Positions 19,109-28,330 of a stretch of DNA of 58,469 nucleotides are shown here, in pieces. The notes under the pieces are model-generated. The model worked only from the letters and a program-made list of their open reading frames with translations. It was not told where the DNA came from and ran no database searches. The number at the start of each line of letters is the position of its first letter. Positions within the stretch are counted from its first letter, which is position 1. The stretch comes from Clostridia bacterium. GTDB taxonomy: Bacteria > Bacillota > Sulfobacillia > SLMV01. A program made the position numbers and the translations under genes. The stretch covers positions 1 through 58,469 of the forward strand of contig PUMD01000031.1 in assembly GCA_003551215.1 (NCBI GenBank), in the 5' to 3' direction.

Positions 19109-20157
19109 ACCCGCGTTCCTGCGATTTTCCCGGAAAACTGCTTTCTGCGTATCTGGATGATGAAGTTAGCGAAGCTGAACGTGAGCGGGTCGAGCGCCAT
19201 ATTGCTCAATGCACCACGTGTCGCCTGCGTCTTGATGAGTTGCGCGGGGTCAGCCAGATGCTGTCGCAAATTCCGCAGGAAACCCCTTCTTCCTCTTTCC
19301 GCAAGCAGCTTAGGGATTCGCTGGTTGATGATGTTTCTCCCACCCGGAGCCAGTCCAGTACGAAAGGCTTTTTGTCCGGTTTGCCCCTGGGTCGGCCGGC
19401 ATTGGCTGCAGTCATCATCCTCCTGTTAATAGTGCCCCTTGCAGCATTGATTACCGGTATTCAGATGACCGGCCGAATGGCATCTGACGAGGCACTCCTT
19501 CCCGAGGCGGTTTCACCTTACGCTGAGGAAGGAGAAATAATGACCGAAGCGGATGAGCCGGAAGAAGCCCCCGACGAAGCTTCTGAGGAGTACATCGAGT
19601 TTGCTGCCCGCGCCGAACAGCAGACTTCTGTGGCTGTAAGGGCTACTTTTGAGCTGGAGGTTGAGGACCTGCTGGCTGCCAGGCGCGATCTTCTGCAGCT
19701 GGCCGCAGAACTGGATCTGACCGTACATGAAGAAACGCTGCGGGAGTCAGTCGATCTGCAGCAGTATTTGTTGGTCTTGGATGTGCCGTCAGTTTCAGAT
19801 GAGCTTCGGAAGCGGATTGAAGATTTAGGTGCCTTCCGCCAGTATCAGATCCAGCGTGAATACCATCCCGCTCTGCCGCTGAGCATTGAGGACGTCGAGG
19901 ATGTAGAAGAGGTGGCTTCGGTATCGGAAAGCCGCCTTGAGATCATCGCCAGTGAGCCATTGCCTCCACATCTTGATTCCGATTCTTTACCAGGTGACGG
20001 TTTTTGGCCTATGATCTATTCAGCCTTGAGTAGTTCCTGGCACAGGTTTGGCTCCCACGTGGCAGGTGCCGTCCTGTGGATGGCTGCTCATGCAGTACAC
20101 GTGCTCTTTGCTGTGCTGGTGGTGCTGGGAGCATATTTCGTATGCCGGATGAGGTGA
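19105..20157 (+). CDS. Zinc-binding (zf-HC2) membrane anti-sigma factor with a DUF4349-like extracellular region
   Basis: LLSAYLDDEV...HIAQCTTC (HxxxCxxC), a central TM, an acidic extracytoplasmic region and a C-terminal TM; TTGA overlap with the sigma gene. Confidence 0.88.
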   Translation: MNPRSCDFPGKLLSAYLDDEVSEAERERVERHIAQCTTCRLRLDELRGVSQMLSQIPQETPSSSFRKQLRDSLVDDVSPTRSQSSTKGFLSGLPLGRPALAAVIILLLIVPLAALITGIQMTGRMASDEALLPEAVSPYAEEGEIMTEADEPEEAPDEASEEYIEFAARAEQQTSVAVRATFELEVEDLLAARRDLLQLAAELDLTVHEETLRESVDLQQYLLVLDVPSVSDELRKRIEDLGAFRQYQIQREYHPALPLSIEDVEDVEEVASVSESRLEIIASEPLPPHLDSDSLPGDGFWPMIYSALSSSWHRFGSHVAGAVLWMAAHAVHVLFAVLVVLGAYFVCRMR

Positions 20158-20235
20158 CCACAGCCTCCCCCCGAAGCTCTCCGCGCCCTGACGGGGCACA
20201 GCCTGTCAGCAACCCAACTACTACTAAAACCGGGA

Positions 20236-22929
20236 GTGGTGCCCTTGGATAATGAAAGATCGGACCGTCTCTGTATGCTGGTGGACGGGACCAGCCTGAT
20301 GTACCGAGCCTTTTTCGCCATGCCTAATCTTACTGATGCGCGCGGTCGGGTGACCAATGCAGCCTACGGTTTTACCAGCATGCTGCTGCGGCTGCTGCAA
20401 GACTACGATCCCGACTATCTGGTAGTGGCCTTCGACCGGGGTAAACCCGAGTACCGCCTGGAGATCTACCCGGAATACAAGGGTCACCGCCCGGATATGC
20501 CCGATGATCTGAGACCTCAGTTCAATATGGTTAAAGATGTCCTTGATGCCATGGGCATCGCTCACATAGAGCAAGAAGGGGTAGAGGCTGACGATCTTCT
20601 CGGTGTCATGGCCAGAGCATATGCCGATTCATCTCACAAGGTGACTATAGTAACCGGGGACAAGGATATGCTTCAGCTGGTGGACGGGCGCATTCGAGTT
20701 GAGGTTACCAAACGCGGCATAACTGATACCGTAGTCTACGACCCGAAAAAGGTGAAGGAGGAATTTGGCCTCCCTCCCCACCTTCTGGCCGACATGAAAG
20801 GGTTAATGGGAGACAGTTCGGATAATATCCCCGGGGTCCCTGGAGTAGGAAAAGTTCGGGCACGGAGGTTGCTCAACGAATTCGGTACGATCGAAGGCGT
20901 CCTGCAGAACGTTGATCAGATTGGAGGCAAGAAGCTTCCGCAGTCTCTGCGTGAGCACGCTGATGTAGCCCGCATGAGCAAAGAGCTTGCAGTCATCCGC
21001 GATGACCTGAATATCGGGTTGAAGCTGCCAGAATGCTCAATCGAGGAGCCCGACCCGGCGGCAGTCGGGAGGGTGTTCTCTGAGCTGGGGTTTGAGAGTA
21101 TTTTGGAGCGCATGGGCATCTCCGCAGCTTCTGATTCCTTCTCCCCCGGGGCCCAAACAGAAGTCGACATGAGCTTATCGCGGGACCCTGACGAAAAACA
21201 GCTGGTGCGGTTGATCGGGAAGGTGACCCAAGCGGCTGGCTCGTCACCTGTCGTGATAGACTGGCTTTTGGAGCCAGAGCAGAACCCGCAAACAGCGGAG
21301 TACGTCACGCTGGCAGTTTATTCGCCCAATGGTGGGCAAGCTGTGGTTATTAGCCGCCTGTCTGCCACCCTGATTGGGCAAATCCTCCATCTGTTGGCTG
21401 ATGACAATGATCGAAAGCTCATGGGGCACAATCTGAAAGGGCTGCTGGTGGCGGCCGGCTTGCAGGCCTTCGACTCGCGGCTTTTTGACTGCCGCGTGGC
21501 TGCATATCTGCTGCAGCCCTCGCGTTCAGATTACGACCTGCACTCACTTGGGCAAAAATACCTGAGCCGTTCGGTGCCCAACAGAGAGCACCTGCTGGAT
21601 TCTTCACCCGCTGGTTCCGATCTTGAGGATTTGTTCGCCGCCCGATTGACCGCTATTGACCAGCTTGCAGAAGAGCTTGCAGCCGAGCTTCAGTCAGTCG
21701 GACTGACCCGCCTGTTTGAGGACATGGAGATGCCGCTTGTCCCGCTTCTTGGTGGTATGCAGGTCCGAGGAGTGAAAGTAGAAGCAGGGGTGCTCGAGGA
21801 TCTCGGGCGCGAGCTGCAGCGGGACATAGCTGAACTCGAAGGGGAGATCTGGGAGCTGGCCGGTCGAGAGTTCAACATAAACTCACCTCAGCAGCTTAGT
21901 GAAGTATTGTTTGAAGATCTTGGCCTGCCGGTCATCAAGGAGACGAAGACGGGTTACTCTACCGATTCGGAAGTGCTCAACGAGCTTTCACAGCAACACG
22001 AACTGCCCCGCCGGGTTCTGGATTACCGACAGCTGGTGAAGCTGCGCGGGACGTACGTCTCTGGACTGCTTGATGAAATCTCCCCTGACACCGGACGGGT
22101 GCATACCACCTTCCATCAGTGCGTCACCGCAACCGGACGTCTTTCAAGTTCTGATCCCAATCTGCAGAACATACCCATTCGGGAGGAGAGGGGACGGCAG
22201 CTCCGCCGTGCCTTTACAGCCCCTGAAGGGTGGGTGCTGCTGGCAGCAGACTACTCTCAGATTGAACTGCGTATACTGGCCCATCTGGCTGGTGATGAGA
22301 AGCTGCAGGAGGCATTTCGCGAGGGCAGGGACATTCACGTGCAGACAGCAAGTGAGGTTTTCAATGTACCTCCAGGGGAGGTTACCGAGGAGATGCGGGA
22401 ACGAGCCAAAGCGGTCAACTTCGGGATAATATACGGAATCAGCGGATACGGCCTGTCCAGGAATCTGGGGATTGATCAGCAGCAATCCCAGGAATACATA
22501 GACAGATATCTTGACCGCATGCCCGGAGTCAGCAGATATTTAGAGCAGGTCGTCGAGGAGGCCAAGGAGGCAGGTCACGTCCGCACCCTGTTTGGCCGCA
22601 TCCGCTATCTACCCGATCTGCATCACCGGGTATGGCACCGCCGGCAGTTTGCTGAACGGGCGGCTCTGAACACCACGATTCAGGGTACGGCGGCTGACAT
22701 AATAAAGAAAGCCATGGTAAAGGTGCAGAAGGTGGCAGCCAGCAGAGATATCAGGTGTCATCTCCTTCTGCAGGTGCACGACGAGCTCATCTGGGAAGTT
22801 GTCGAGGAGGATCTCAGCAGGCTGGCTGACTCAGCCCGTGAGGTGATGGAGGACGTAGTCTCGCTTGATGTGCCTCTGCGGGTTGATCTGAAGGCGGGAA
22901 CAGACTGGTACAATATGAGCCGGCTTTAG
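20236..22929 (+). CDS. polA: DNA polymerase I
   Basis: 5'-3' exonuclease motifs VDGTSLMYRAFFA, EADD and GDSSDNIPGVPGVG; polymerase motifs ADYSQIELR, AKAVNFGIIYG and QVHDEL. Confidence 0.97.
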   Translation: MVPLDNERSDRLCMLVDGTSLMYRAFFAMPNLTDARGRVTNAAYGFTSMLLRLLQDYDPDYLVVAFDRGKPEYRLEIYPEYKGHRPDMPDDLRPQFNMVKDVLDAMGIAHIEQEGVEADDLLGVMARAYADSSHKVTIVTGDKDMLQLVDGRIRVEVTKRGITDTVVYDPKKVKEEFGLPPHLLADMKGLMGDSSDNIPGVPGVGKVRARRLLNEFGTIEGVLQNVDQIGGKKLPQSLREHADVARMSKELAVIRDDLNIGLKLPECSIEEPDPAAVGRVFSELGFESILERMGISAASDSFSPGAQTEVDMSLSRDPDEKQLVRLIGKVTQAAGSSPVVIDWLLEPEQNPQTAEYVTLAVYSPNGGQAVVISRLSATLIGQILHLLADDNDRKLMGHNLKGLLVAAGLQAFDSRLFDCRVAAYLLQPSRSDYDLHSLGQKYLSRSVPNREHLLDSSPAGSDLEDLFAARLTAIDQLAEELAAELQSVGLTRLFEDMEMPLVPLLGGMQVRGVKVEAGVLEDLGRELQRDIAELEGEIWELAGREFNINSPQQLSEVLFEDLGLPVIKETKTGYSTDSEVLNELSQQHELPRRVLDYRQLVKLRGTYVSGLLDEISPDTGRVHTTFHQCVTATGRLSSSDPNLQNIPIREERGRQLRRAFTAPEGWVLLAADYSQIELRILAHLAGDEKLQEAFREGRDIHVQTASEVFNVPPGEVTEEMRERAKAVNFGIIYGISGYGLSRNLGIDQQQSQEYIDRYLDRMPGVSRYLEQVVEEAKEAGHVRTLFGRIRYLPDLHHRVWHRRQFAERAALNTTIQGTAADIIKKAMVKVQKVAASRDIRCHLLLQVHDELIWEVVEEDLSRLADSAREVMEDVVSLDVPLRVDLKAGTDWYNMSRL

Positions 22930-22945
22930 TGAGGACGTGGTCCAT

Positions 22946-23806
22946 TTGCCCGAACTCCCGGAAGTGGAAACGATCAGAAAAACCCTGCAGCCCTGGCTGT
23001 CCGGCCGAAAGATAACGGAGGCTGTCTTTCGCCGGGACGACATGATAGAAGTGTGTGATGGGCAGCACCCGCCTGAAGGCGCCATGTGTGATTCGGCGGA
23101 GTCTTTTTGCACCGGTTCTGTCATACAGGAGATTGACCGCAGGGGCAAGTATCTGCTGCTGCGATTTTCTGAGGGCGGTGGATGGGCAGTTCATTTTGGT
23201 ATGTCGGGTTCTATGTTCCGGGCGGATAAAGATGAGCCAGTAGACAAACATACACATGTGGTCTGGAGCCTGGATGATGGAGGGCAGGTCAGGTATCGGG
23301 CTCCGCGTAGGTTCGGAAAGTGGGTGCTGACCGAGACTGACCCTGTTTGCGCGCTCACTTCCCGCGTGGGCGTTGACGCACTGGATAACAGCCTGGATGC
23401 GGATGAGTTCAAACAGATCCTCAACGGCAGCCGCAGGCGGATCAAGGCACGGCTTCTGGATCAGCGATTAATTGCCGGATTGGGGAACATTTATGCCGAT
23501 GAGGCGCTGTTTGGCGCCGGTGTGCACCCTGCCCGCAGGACAGACTCACTGCGTGCTGGTGAGTGGGGGAATCTCTTTGAAGCCACGCGAGCAGTTCTTC
23601 TGCAAGCGGTAGAGCACTGCGGCACCACGTTCAACAGCTTTCGCGATGGCTGCGGACGACCTGGCGAGAATGAGGCAAATCTTAGAGTTTACGGGCGAGG
23701 AGGCGAGGGATGCCTGCGGTGTTCGGAAAAGATACGGAAAATCAGGTTAGAAGGCCGCGGCACCCATTTCTGCCCTGGCTGTCAGAGCCATAAAAGTGTT
23801 AATTGA
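22946..23806 (+). CDS. mutM: Formamidopyrimidine-DNA glycosylase
   Basis: N-terminal PELPEVE (TTG start at 22946), RRGKY, H2TH GLGNIYADE and zinc finger CLRC...CPGCQ. Confidence 0.95.
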   Translation: MPELPEVETIRKTLQPWLSGRKITEAVFRRDDMIEVCDGQHPPEGAMCDSAESFCTGSVIQEIDRRGKYLLLRFSEGGGWAVHFGMSGSMFRADKDEPVDKHTHVVWSLDDGGQVRYRAPRRFGKWVLTETDPVCALTSRVGVDALDNSLDADEFKQILNGSRRRIKARLLDQRLIAGLGNIYADEALFGAGVHPARRTDSLRAGEWGNLFEATRAVLLQAVEHCGTTFNSFRDGCGRPGENEANLRVYGRGGEGCLRCSEKIRKIRLEGRGTHFCPGCQSHKSVN

Positions 23807-23860
23807 TCATACTCGGTTCCGGAGGTGAGATGAGGCGCCCCCGTGGGGCGGTCAAAACTT

Positions 23861-24067
23861 ATGTATTCTTTCATAATGGAGTTTGAGGACAGGGAGCAAT
23901 ACGCCGAATGTACCGAGCTGTTGCGTAAGCGATATTCCTTTACCGGAGAGATATCGCTCCGACCAACCGACGATGGGAAATGGCGGATGATTGCGCATGC
24001 GGAGAAGCGATTTCGCAGCAGCACCTTCGAAAAGCTGCCGGGAAAGCGGGTTGATGATGAACAGTGA
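23861..24067 (+). CDS. Small hypothetical protein (68 aa)
   Basis: Fills the mutM-coaE gap and overlaps the coaE start by GTGA; globular, protein-like composition. Confidence 0.65.
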   Translation: MYSFIMEFEDREQYAECTELLRKRYSFTGEISLRPTDDGKWRMIAHAEKRFRSSTFEKLPGKRVDDEQ

Positions 24068-24714
24068 ATGATGACTGCTGCAGTCGGCGGCCATCGCTGG
24101 TACTGGGAATAACCGGCGGTCTGGGTACAGGCAAGTCAACAGGGACCGGGATGCTGAGGGCCAAGACTGACGCGGTGTTGGATGCAGACGTCATGGTCCA
24201 TCAGTTTTTGCAGCCCGGAACTTGTGTTTACGATCGGGTGGTGGACCGCTTTGGCTCACAAGTATTGAAGGGTGACGGAACAATAGACCGCCCGAAGCTC
24301 GGCAAGATTGTGTTTGGCGATGCAGACGCACGAGGAGATCTTGAGCGTATAGTCCATCCCGCCGTCACAGCCAGCATTAAGCAGAAGCTGCACGAGTTTG
24401 CCTGCGGTGGCTATGATGTGACAGTATTAGATGTTCCTCTTCTTTATGAAGCGGGCGTTCATGAGCTCTGTGATGAAGTATGGGTGGTGTGGTGTCAACC
24501 CAGGCAGCAGATCGTGCGGGTTACTTGCCGTAGTGGTCTGGATGTCCGGCAGGCGAAAGATCGGATGAAGGCTCAGATGCCGCTTGAGGAGAAGGTGAAA
24601 CGGGCCGATCTGGTGTTGGATAATTCTGGGTCTCTATCAGACCTGCAGGATGAGGTTGATCGACAGTGGAGCAGGCTTCAGAAAAAGGTCAAATGCTGTT
24701 TAGACGGAGGGTAG
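24064..24714 (+). CDS. coaE: Dephospho-CoA kinase
   Basis: GITGGLGTGKS, DAD, IDRPKLG, HPAV, DVPLLYE and DNSG motifs; polA-mutM-coaE synteny. Confidence 0.95.
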   Translation: MNDDCCSRRPSLVLGITGGLGTGKSTGTGMLRAKTDAVLDADVMVHQFLQPGTCVYDRVVDRFGSQVLKGDGTIDRPKLGKIVFGDADARGDLERIVHPAVTASIKQKLHEFACGGYDVTVLDVPLLYEAGVHELCDEVWVVWCQPRQQIVRVTCRSGLDVRQAKDRMKAQMPLEEKVKRADLVLDNSGSLSDLQDEVDRQWSRLQKKVKCCLDGG

Positions 24715-24718
24715 ATTA

Positions 24719-25297
24719 TTGAGGCGGGGATGTTTTAAGTGGTTCCTACTGGCAGCACTGACCTCACTGCTGGGAGGAGTATTTCTTGGCGGTTGGCTGA
24801 CTGCCCGGGTATTTCCCTTCGAGCACCGCGATATCATCCATCGGGAGGCGGCTGCCCACGATCTCGACCCGTATCTTGTGGCCGCCGTGATTCGGGAGGA
24901 AAGCCGGTTCCGGCCAGAGGCGCTGTCTTCAAAGGGGGCAGTGGGGTTGATGCAGCTTATGCCAAAGACAGCCCGGTGGGTGGCAGATGAGACGGGCATG
25001 AGCGACTTCTCCGAGGTGAATCTTTACGAGCCGACCATTAACGTCTCCTTGGGCTGTTGGTATCTGCGGCATCTACTGGATTGCTTTGATAATTCGGTGC
25101 CGCAGGCCCTGGCTGCGTACAATGGTGGCCGGGGACGGGTACAGCGCTGGCTGCATGAAGGGACATGGTCAGGATCACCGGATGATATACCTGACATACC
25201 GGCGGAAGAGACGCGCAAATTCGTGCGCAGGGTGCTGTTCAGCCACAGGCTTTATCGAGAGATTTACGGGCGGATTGATCGGTGGACTGGTAAGTAA
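24719..25297 (+). CDS. Lytic transglycosylase (SLT domain)
   Basis: AVIREESRF, GAVGLMQLMPKTA, LAAYNGG and ETRKFV motifs; N-terminal TM anchor; usual position after coaE. Confidence 0.93.
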   Translation: MRRGCFKWFLLAALTSLLGGVFLGGWLTARVFPFEHRDIIHREAAAHDLDPYLVAAVIREESRFRPEALSSKGAVGLMQLMPKTARWVADETGMSDFSEVNLYEPTINVSLGCWYLRHLLDCFDNSVPQALAAYNGGRGRVQRWLHEGTWSGSPDDIPDIPAEETRKFVRRVLFSHRLYREIYGRIDRWTGK

Positions 25298-25348
25298 AAG
25301 CGCTGCGGTGGACAGGCTACCGTGCTGCTATAACCGGGGGGAGTAGAC

Positions 25349-25615
25349 ATGAGCAGCAGCGAGGACGAAAAACGAGATGAAAATTGCGCACCTGCCAGCA
25401 ACGATCCTCAACAGACCGTATACCATCTGTTTGAGGATCAGCCGCAGGTTCAGCATGCCGCTGCTGAAGAGGAGGAAGACCGGCACGAATTCGACTGGCT
25501 TGACGTGCTGGCTTTCATAATCGCAGCCTATCAGATAATTTTTCCTCTGCTGGGAATTGCCTTTGCTGTTTTTCTCGGCCTCTGGGGTATTCTCTGGTTG
25601 TTGAGCATGCTGTGA
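25349..25615 (+). CDS. Small membrane protein with an acidic N-terminus
   Basis: RBS GGGGAG and a hydrophobic C-terminal segment DVLAFIIAAYQIIFPLLGIAF. Confidence 0.7.
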   Translation: MSSSEDEKRDENCAPASNDPQQTVYHLFEDQPQVQHAAAEEEEDRHEFDWLDVLAFIIAAYQIIFPLLGIAFAVFLGLWGILWLLSML

Positions 25616-25687
25616 GAAATTGCCCGAGGATTCACGCGCAGGGTGTGACAGCGTAAGATCTTGATAGGGGAGTCATCCGCGTTAGGG

Positions 25688-25717
25688 TTGATTCGATTTT
25701 GCGCGTTGTGCTAGAAT
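25688..25717 (+). promoter_or_regulatory. Sigma-A promoter of tRNA-Leu(CAG)
   Basis: TTGATT-N18-TAGAAT with a TG extension. Confidence 0.55.
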
Positions 25718-25737
25718 CCTAAATGACAACACAACGG

Positions 25738-25821
25738 GCCGAAGTGGTGGAACTGGCAGACACGCGGTGTTCAGGGCGCCGTGGGCGAATGCCCATGTGG
25801 GTTCGAATCCCACCTTCGGCA
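25738..25821 (+). tRNA. tRNA-Leu(CAG)
   Basis: GCCGAAG acceptor, GGAACTGGCAGAC D-loop, CGGTG-TT-CAG-GG-CGCCG anticodon arm, long variable arm, GGTTCGAATCC; no encoded CCA. Confidence 0.95.
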
Positions 25822-25831
25822 CAGGGTAGGT

Positions 25832-25869
25832 GACGCCGGTGGCCCAAGAGGCAGCCGGCATCGTTTTTT
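25832..25869 (+). terminator. Intrinsic terminator after tRNA-Leu(CAG)
   Basis: GACGCCGG...CCGGCATC hairpin followed by a T tract. Confidence 0.65.
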
Positions 25870-25911
25870 ATGCGATCACGGCATCCATCGGCAGGTGATG
25901 CCGGTTGATGC

Positions 25912-25940
25912 TTGTTGCCGCAGGACCCCTTTAGTATAAT
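25912..25940 (+). promoter_or_regulatory. Sigma-A promoter of the yqhY-nusB...recN operon
   Basis: TTGTTG-N17-TATAAT upstream of RBS GGAGGAG. Confidence 0.55.
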
Positions 25941-25981
25941 AATATCGATTGTTTAGACCCCTTCCGGAAGGGAGGAGCGAC

Positions 25982-26452
25982 GTGACACTCGAGGGTCTCA
26001 CAGAAAGCTCTATGTCCGATAAGAATAGTCTCGATGACCTGTCAGAAATGTTCAAGGCAGTCAGCGAGGAAGACGGCTCTGTGCGTATAGCCGATGAGGT
26101 TCTGGCAGTGATAGCCGGAGTAGCCACCGCAGAGATCGAGGGCGTAGAGGGTATGATGGGCAGTTTTGTCGAGAACCTCTCCGAGAGGCTGGGTCGTCCC
26201 GAGCTGCGACGGGGAGTCAAGGTGCAGACTGATGAACAAGGGGTGCTGGTGGATCTGTTCATTACTGTGGAATACGGCCGCAATATACCGAAGGTGGCCC
26301 GTTCCATCCAGGAAAACGTGAAGGGTGCCATAGAGAACATGACCGACCTTGCAGTTGCCGAGGTCAACGTGCATGTTCAGGAGGTGGCCTTCCCCGGTGA
26401 GGAATTAGATGAAACCATTACACCCTCTGACGTTTCAGGGGGCGGTGATTAG
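25982..26452 (+). CDS. Asp23/Gls24 family protein (YqhY-like)
   Basis: GSVRIADEVLAVIAG, RGVKV, VEYGRNIPKVARSIQENVK and EVNVHV motifs; upstream of nusB. Confidence 0.92.
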   Translation: MTLEGLTESSMSDKNSLDDLSEMFKAVSEEDGSVRIADEVLAVIAGVATAEIEGVEGMMGSFVENLSERLGRPELRRGVKVQTDEQGVLVDLFITVEYGRNIPKVARSIQENVKGAIENMTDLAVAEVNVHVQEVAFPGEELDETITPSDVSGGGD

Positions 26453-26933
26453 CATCTCGAGGTCAGAGGAGACGTCATCCATCGAGCAGATGGCTCATGA
26501 GCAACTAAAAGGAGACAATAGTACTGAACAGGCCGACCCTTCGCCCCTCCTGAGGGGTATTATATGGGGCGGTTTTTTAACTGTTGGCGCAGCTTTGGTT
26601 CTCCTCGGGGTGCGCCGTATGCAGAAACAGGAGATGGTCTTCAACGGCGAACTCGGAAGCATACGTATCTCTCAGAGTGCGCTGGAGAAGCTGATGTCCA
26701 GCCACTGCGAGAAAATATCAGGGGTCGCCGACGTTGAATGTAGGGTGAAGATCAAGCGTAACGGTGCAGAGGTCACCCTGAACGCCTGCCTGCAACCCGA
26801 CTGTGACCCCGCCTCGGTCATGGGACAGATGGTATCCGGGGTCTACAAGCGGCTGGGAGGCTTGCTGTCTCTTACCCCGGAAGGTCTGAGCGTATCAGTC
26901 AGAGAAGTGAAGATGCAGCAGATGGGTGGTTGA
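26445..26933 (+). CDS. AmaP-like membrane anchor protein (Asp23-related)
   Basis: A single TM followed by GELGSIRISQSALEKL and an Asp23-like alpha/beta domain; lies between yqhY and nusB. Start uncertain. Confidence 0.6.
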   Translation: MISISRSEETSSIEQMAHEQLKGDNSTEQADPSPLLRGIIWGGFLTVGAALVLLGVRRMQKQEMVFNGELGSIRISQSALEKLMSSHCEKISGVADVECRVKIKRNGAEVTLNACLQPDCDPASVMGQMVSGVYKRLGGLLSLTPEGLSVSVREVKMQQMGG

Positions 26934-26946
26934 CTGGTGAGATATC

Positions 26947-27372
26947 ATGAATAGGAGGAGCGCCCGAAAGGCGGTTTTGCAGACGCTGTTTCAGATTGAC
27001 TCGCGTGACATGGAGCCGCCGTCGGCTGAGGGGTTGCTGGATATATGCAGAGAATCATTGGACAGAAACGAAGTCAGGGCAGCCGGACTACGCGAGTTTG
27101 CCGAAGAACTCGCTGCGACCGTCTACAGCAATCAGGTCAGACTGGACCGGGCGATTCAGGACAGCTCAGAGAAGTGGCGCTTGGACCGGATCGGTCGAGT
27201 GGAGAGAGCGATTCTGCGTATGGCGCTGGCTGAGATGTGGTGGATGGATACTCCCTCTCCGGTGGCCATCGATGAATCTATCGAGCTGACCAAGATCTAC
27301 GCGGGTCCGCAGGCTGCGTCCTTTGTCAACGGAGTGCTCGGCTCGTTTGTGGGTCAGGAACATGAAGGCTGA
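26947..27372 (+). CDS. nusB: Transcription antitermination factor NusB
   Basis: MNRRSARKAVLQTLFQ, WRLDRIGRVERAILR, VAIDESIEL and FVNGVLG motifs. Confidence 0.95.
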   Translation: MNRRSARKAVLQTLFQIDSRDMEPPSAEGLLDICRESLDRNEVRAAGLREFAEELAATVYSNQVRLDRAIQDSSEKWRLDRIGRVERAILRMALAEMWWMDTPSPVAIDESIELTKIYAGPQAASFVNGVLGSFVGQEHEG

Positions 27373-27463
27373 ATGATTCAGGTAGTGTTGATGTGATATG
27401 AGATGCTGCAGGGAGAGGAAGTTAAACAATCAACAGACAGACTGAGGGGAAGAGGTGTAGCAA

Positions 27464-28330
27464 GTGTATCCCATTGTCAAAAAGCGCGACCTCACGTCGG
27501 TAACCAAGCTTTTTGAGGTTGAGGCCCCCATGGCAGCCAGAAGAGCTGAGGCTGGTCATTTTGTTATAGTACGCGTGGACGAAAAAGGGGAAAGGATCCC
27601 GCTGACAATTGCCGATTTCGACCGTGATGCTGGCACCATCACTATAGTTGTACAGGAAGTAGGCAAGACGTCAGCCATGGTCAACCGCATGGAACCGGGC
27701 GATGCGTTTGCCGATTTCGTCGGTCCTCTGGGTGAACCTGCTCCCATACGACAGGACGGTCACGTTGTCTGCCTGGGTGGAGGCTTCGGTATCGCTCCTG
27801 TGTATCCGGTAGCAAGAGAACTGCAGGACAACGGGGTCAGGGTGACGTCGATAATAGGAGCGCGTTCCGCTGACCTGTTAATACTGCCCGAAGAAATGCA
27901 GAGCGTCAGCGATGAGCTTTTGATCGCAACCGACGACGGCTCCCTTGGGCATCACGGTTTCGTTACCGAGGTGCTGCGTGAGATGATAGATGATTCTGCT
28001 GAGATAGACGAAGTTATCTCCATAGGGCCCCTGCCCATGATGCGTGCCACCGCCGAGGTGACCAGGCCGCATGGGTTGAAGACCTGGGTCAGCCTTGATT
28101 CTATAATGGTTGACGGAACCGGTATGTGTGGAGCCTGCCGGGTGACCGTAGGTGAAGAGACTCAGTTCTGCTGTGTTGATGGACCGTTTTTCGATGCCCA
28201 TCTGGTCGATTTTGATGAGGCTGCCAAACGCGGTGACATGTATGTAGAAAAGGAACAGCTGGCCTACGAGCGGTTCAAAGAGAACACAGATGACAGTCGA
28301 TGCAGTTGTGGAGGTGAAACCAGTGGCTGA
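27464..28330 (+). CDS. nfnA: NfnA/SudB-type FAD/NAD-binding 2Fe-2S subunit of the electron-bifurcating transhydrogenase
   Basis: GERIPLTIAD, GPLG, GGGFGIAP, TDDGS, IGPLPMM and MVDGTGMCGACRV...CVDGP motifs. Confidence 0.9.
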   Translation: MYPIVKKRDLTSVTKLFEVEAPMAARRAEAGHFVIVRVDEKGERIPLTIADFDRDAGTITIVVQEVGKTSAMVNRMEPGDAFADFVGPLGEPAPIRQDGHVVCLGGGFGIAPVYPVARELQDNGVRVTSIIGARSADLLILPEEMQSVSDELLIATDDGSLGHHGFVTEVLREMIDDSAEIDEVISIGPLPMMRATAEVTRPHGLKTWVSLDSIMVDGTGMCGACRVTVGEETQFCCVDGPFFDAHLVDFDEAAKRGDMYVEKEQLAYERFKENTDDSRCSCGGETSG

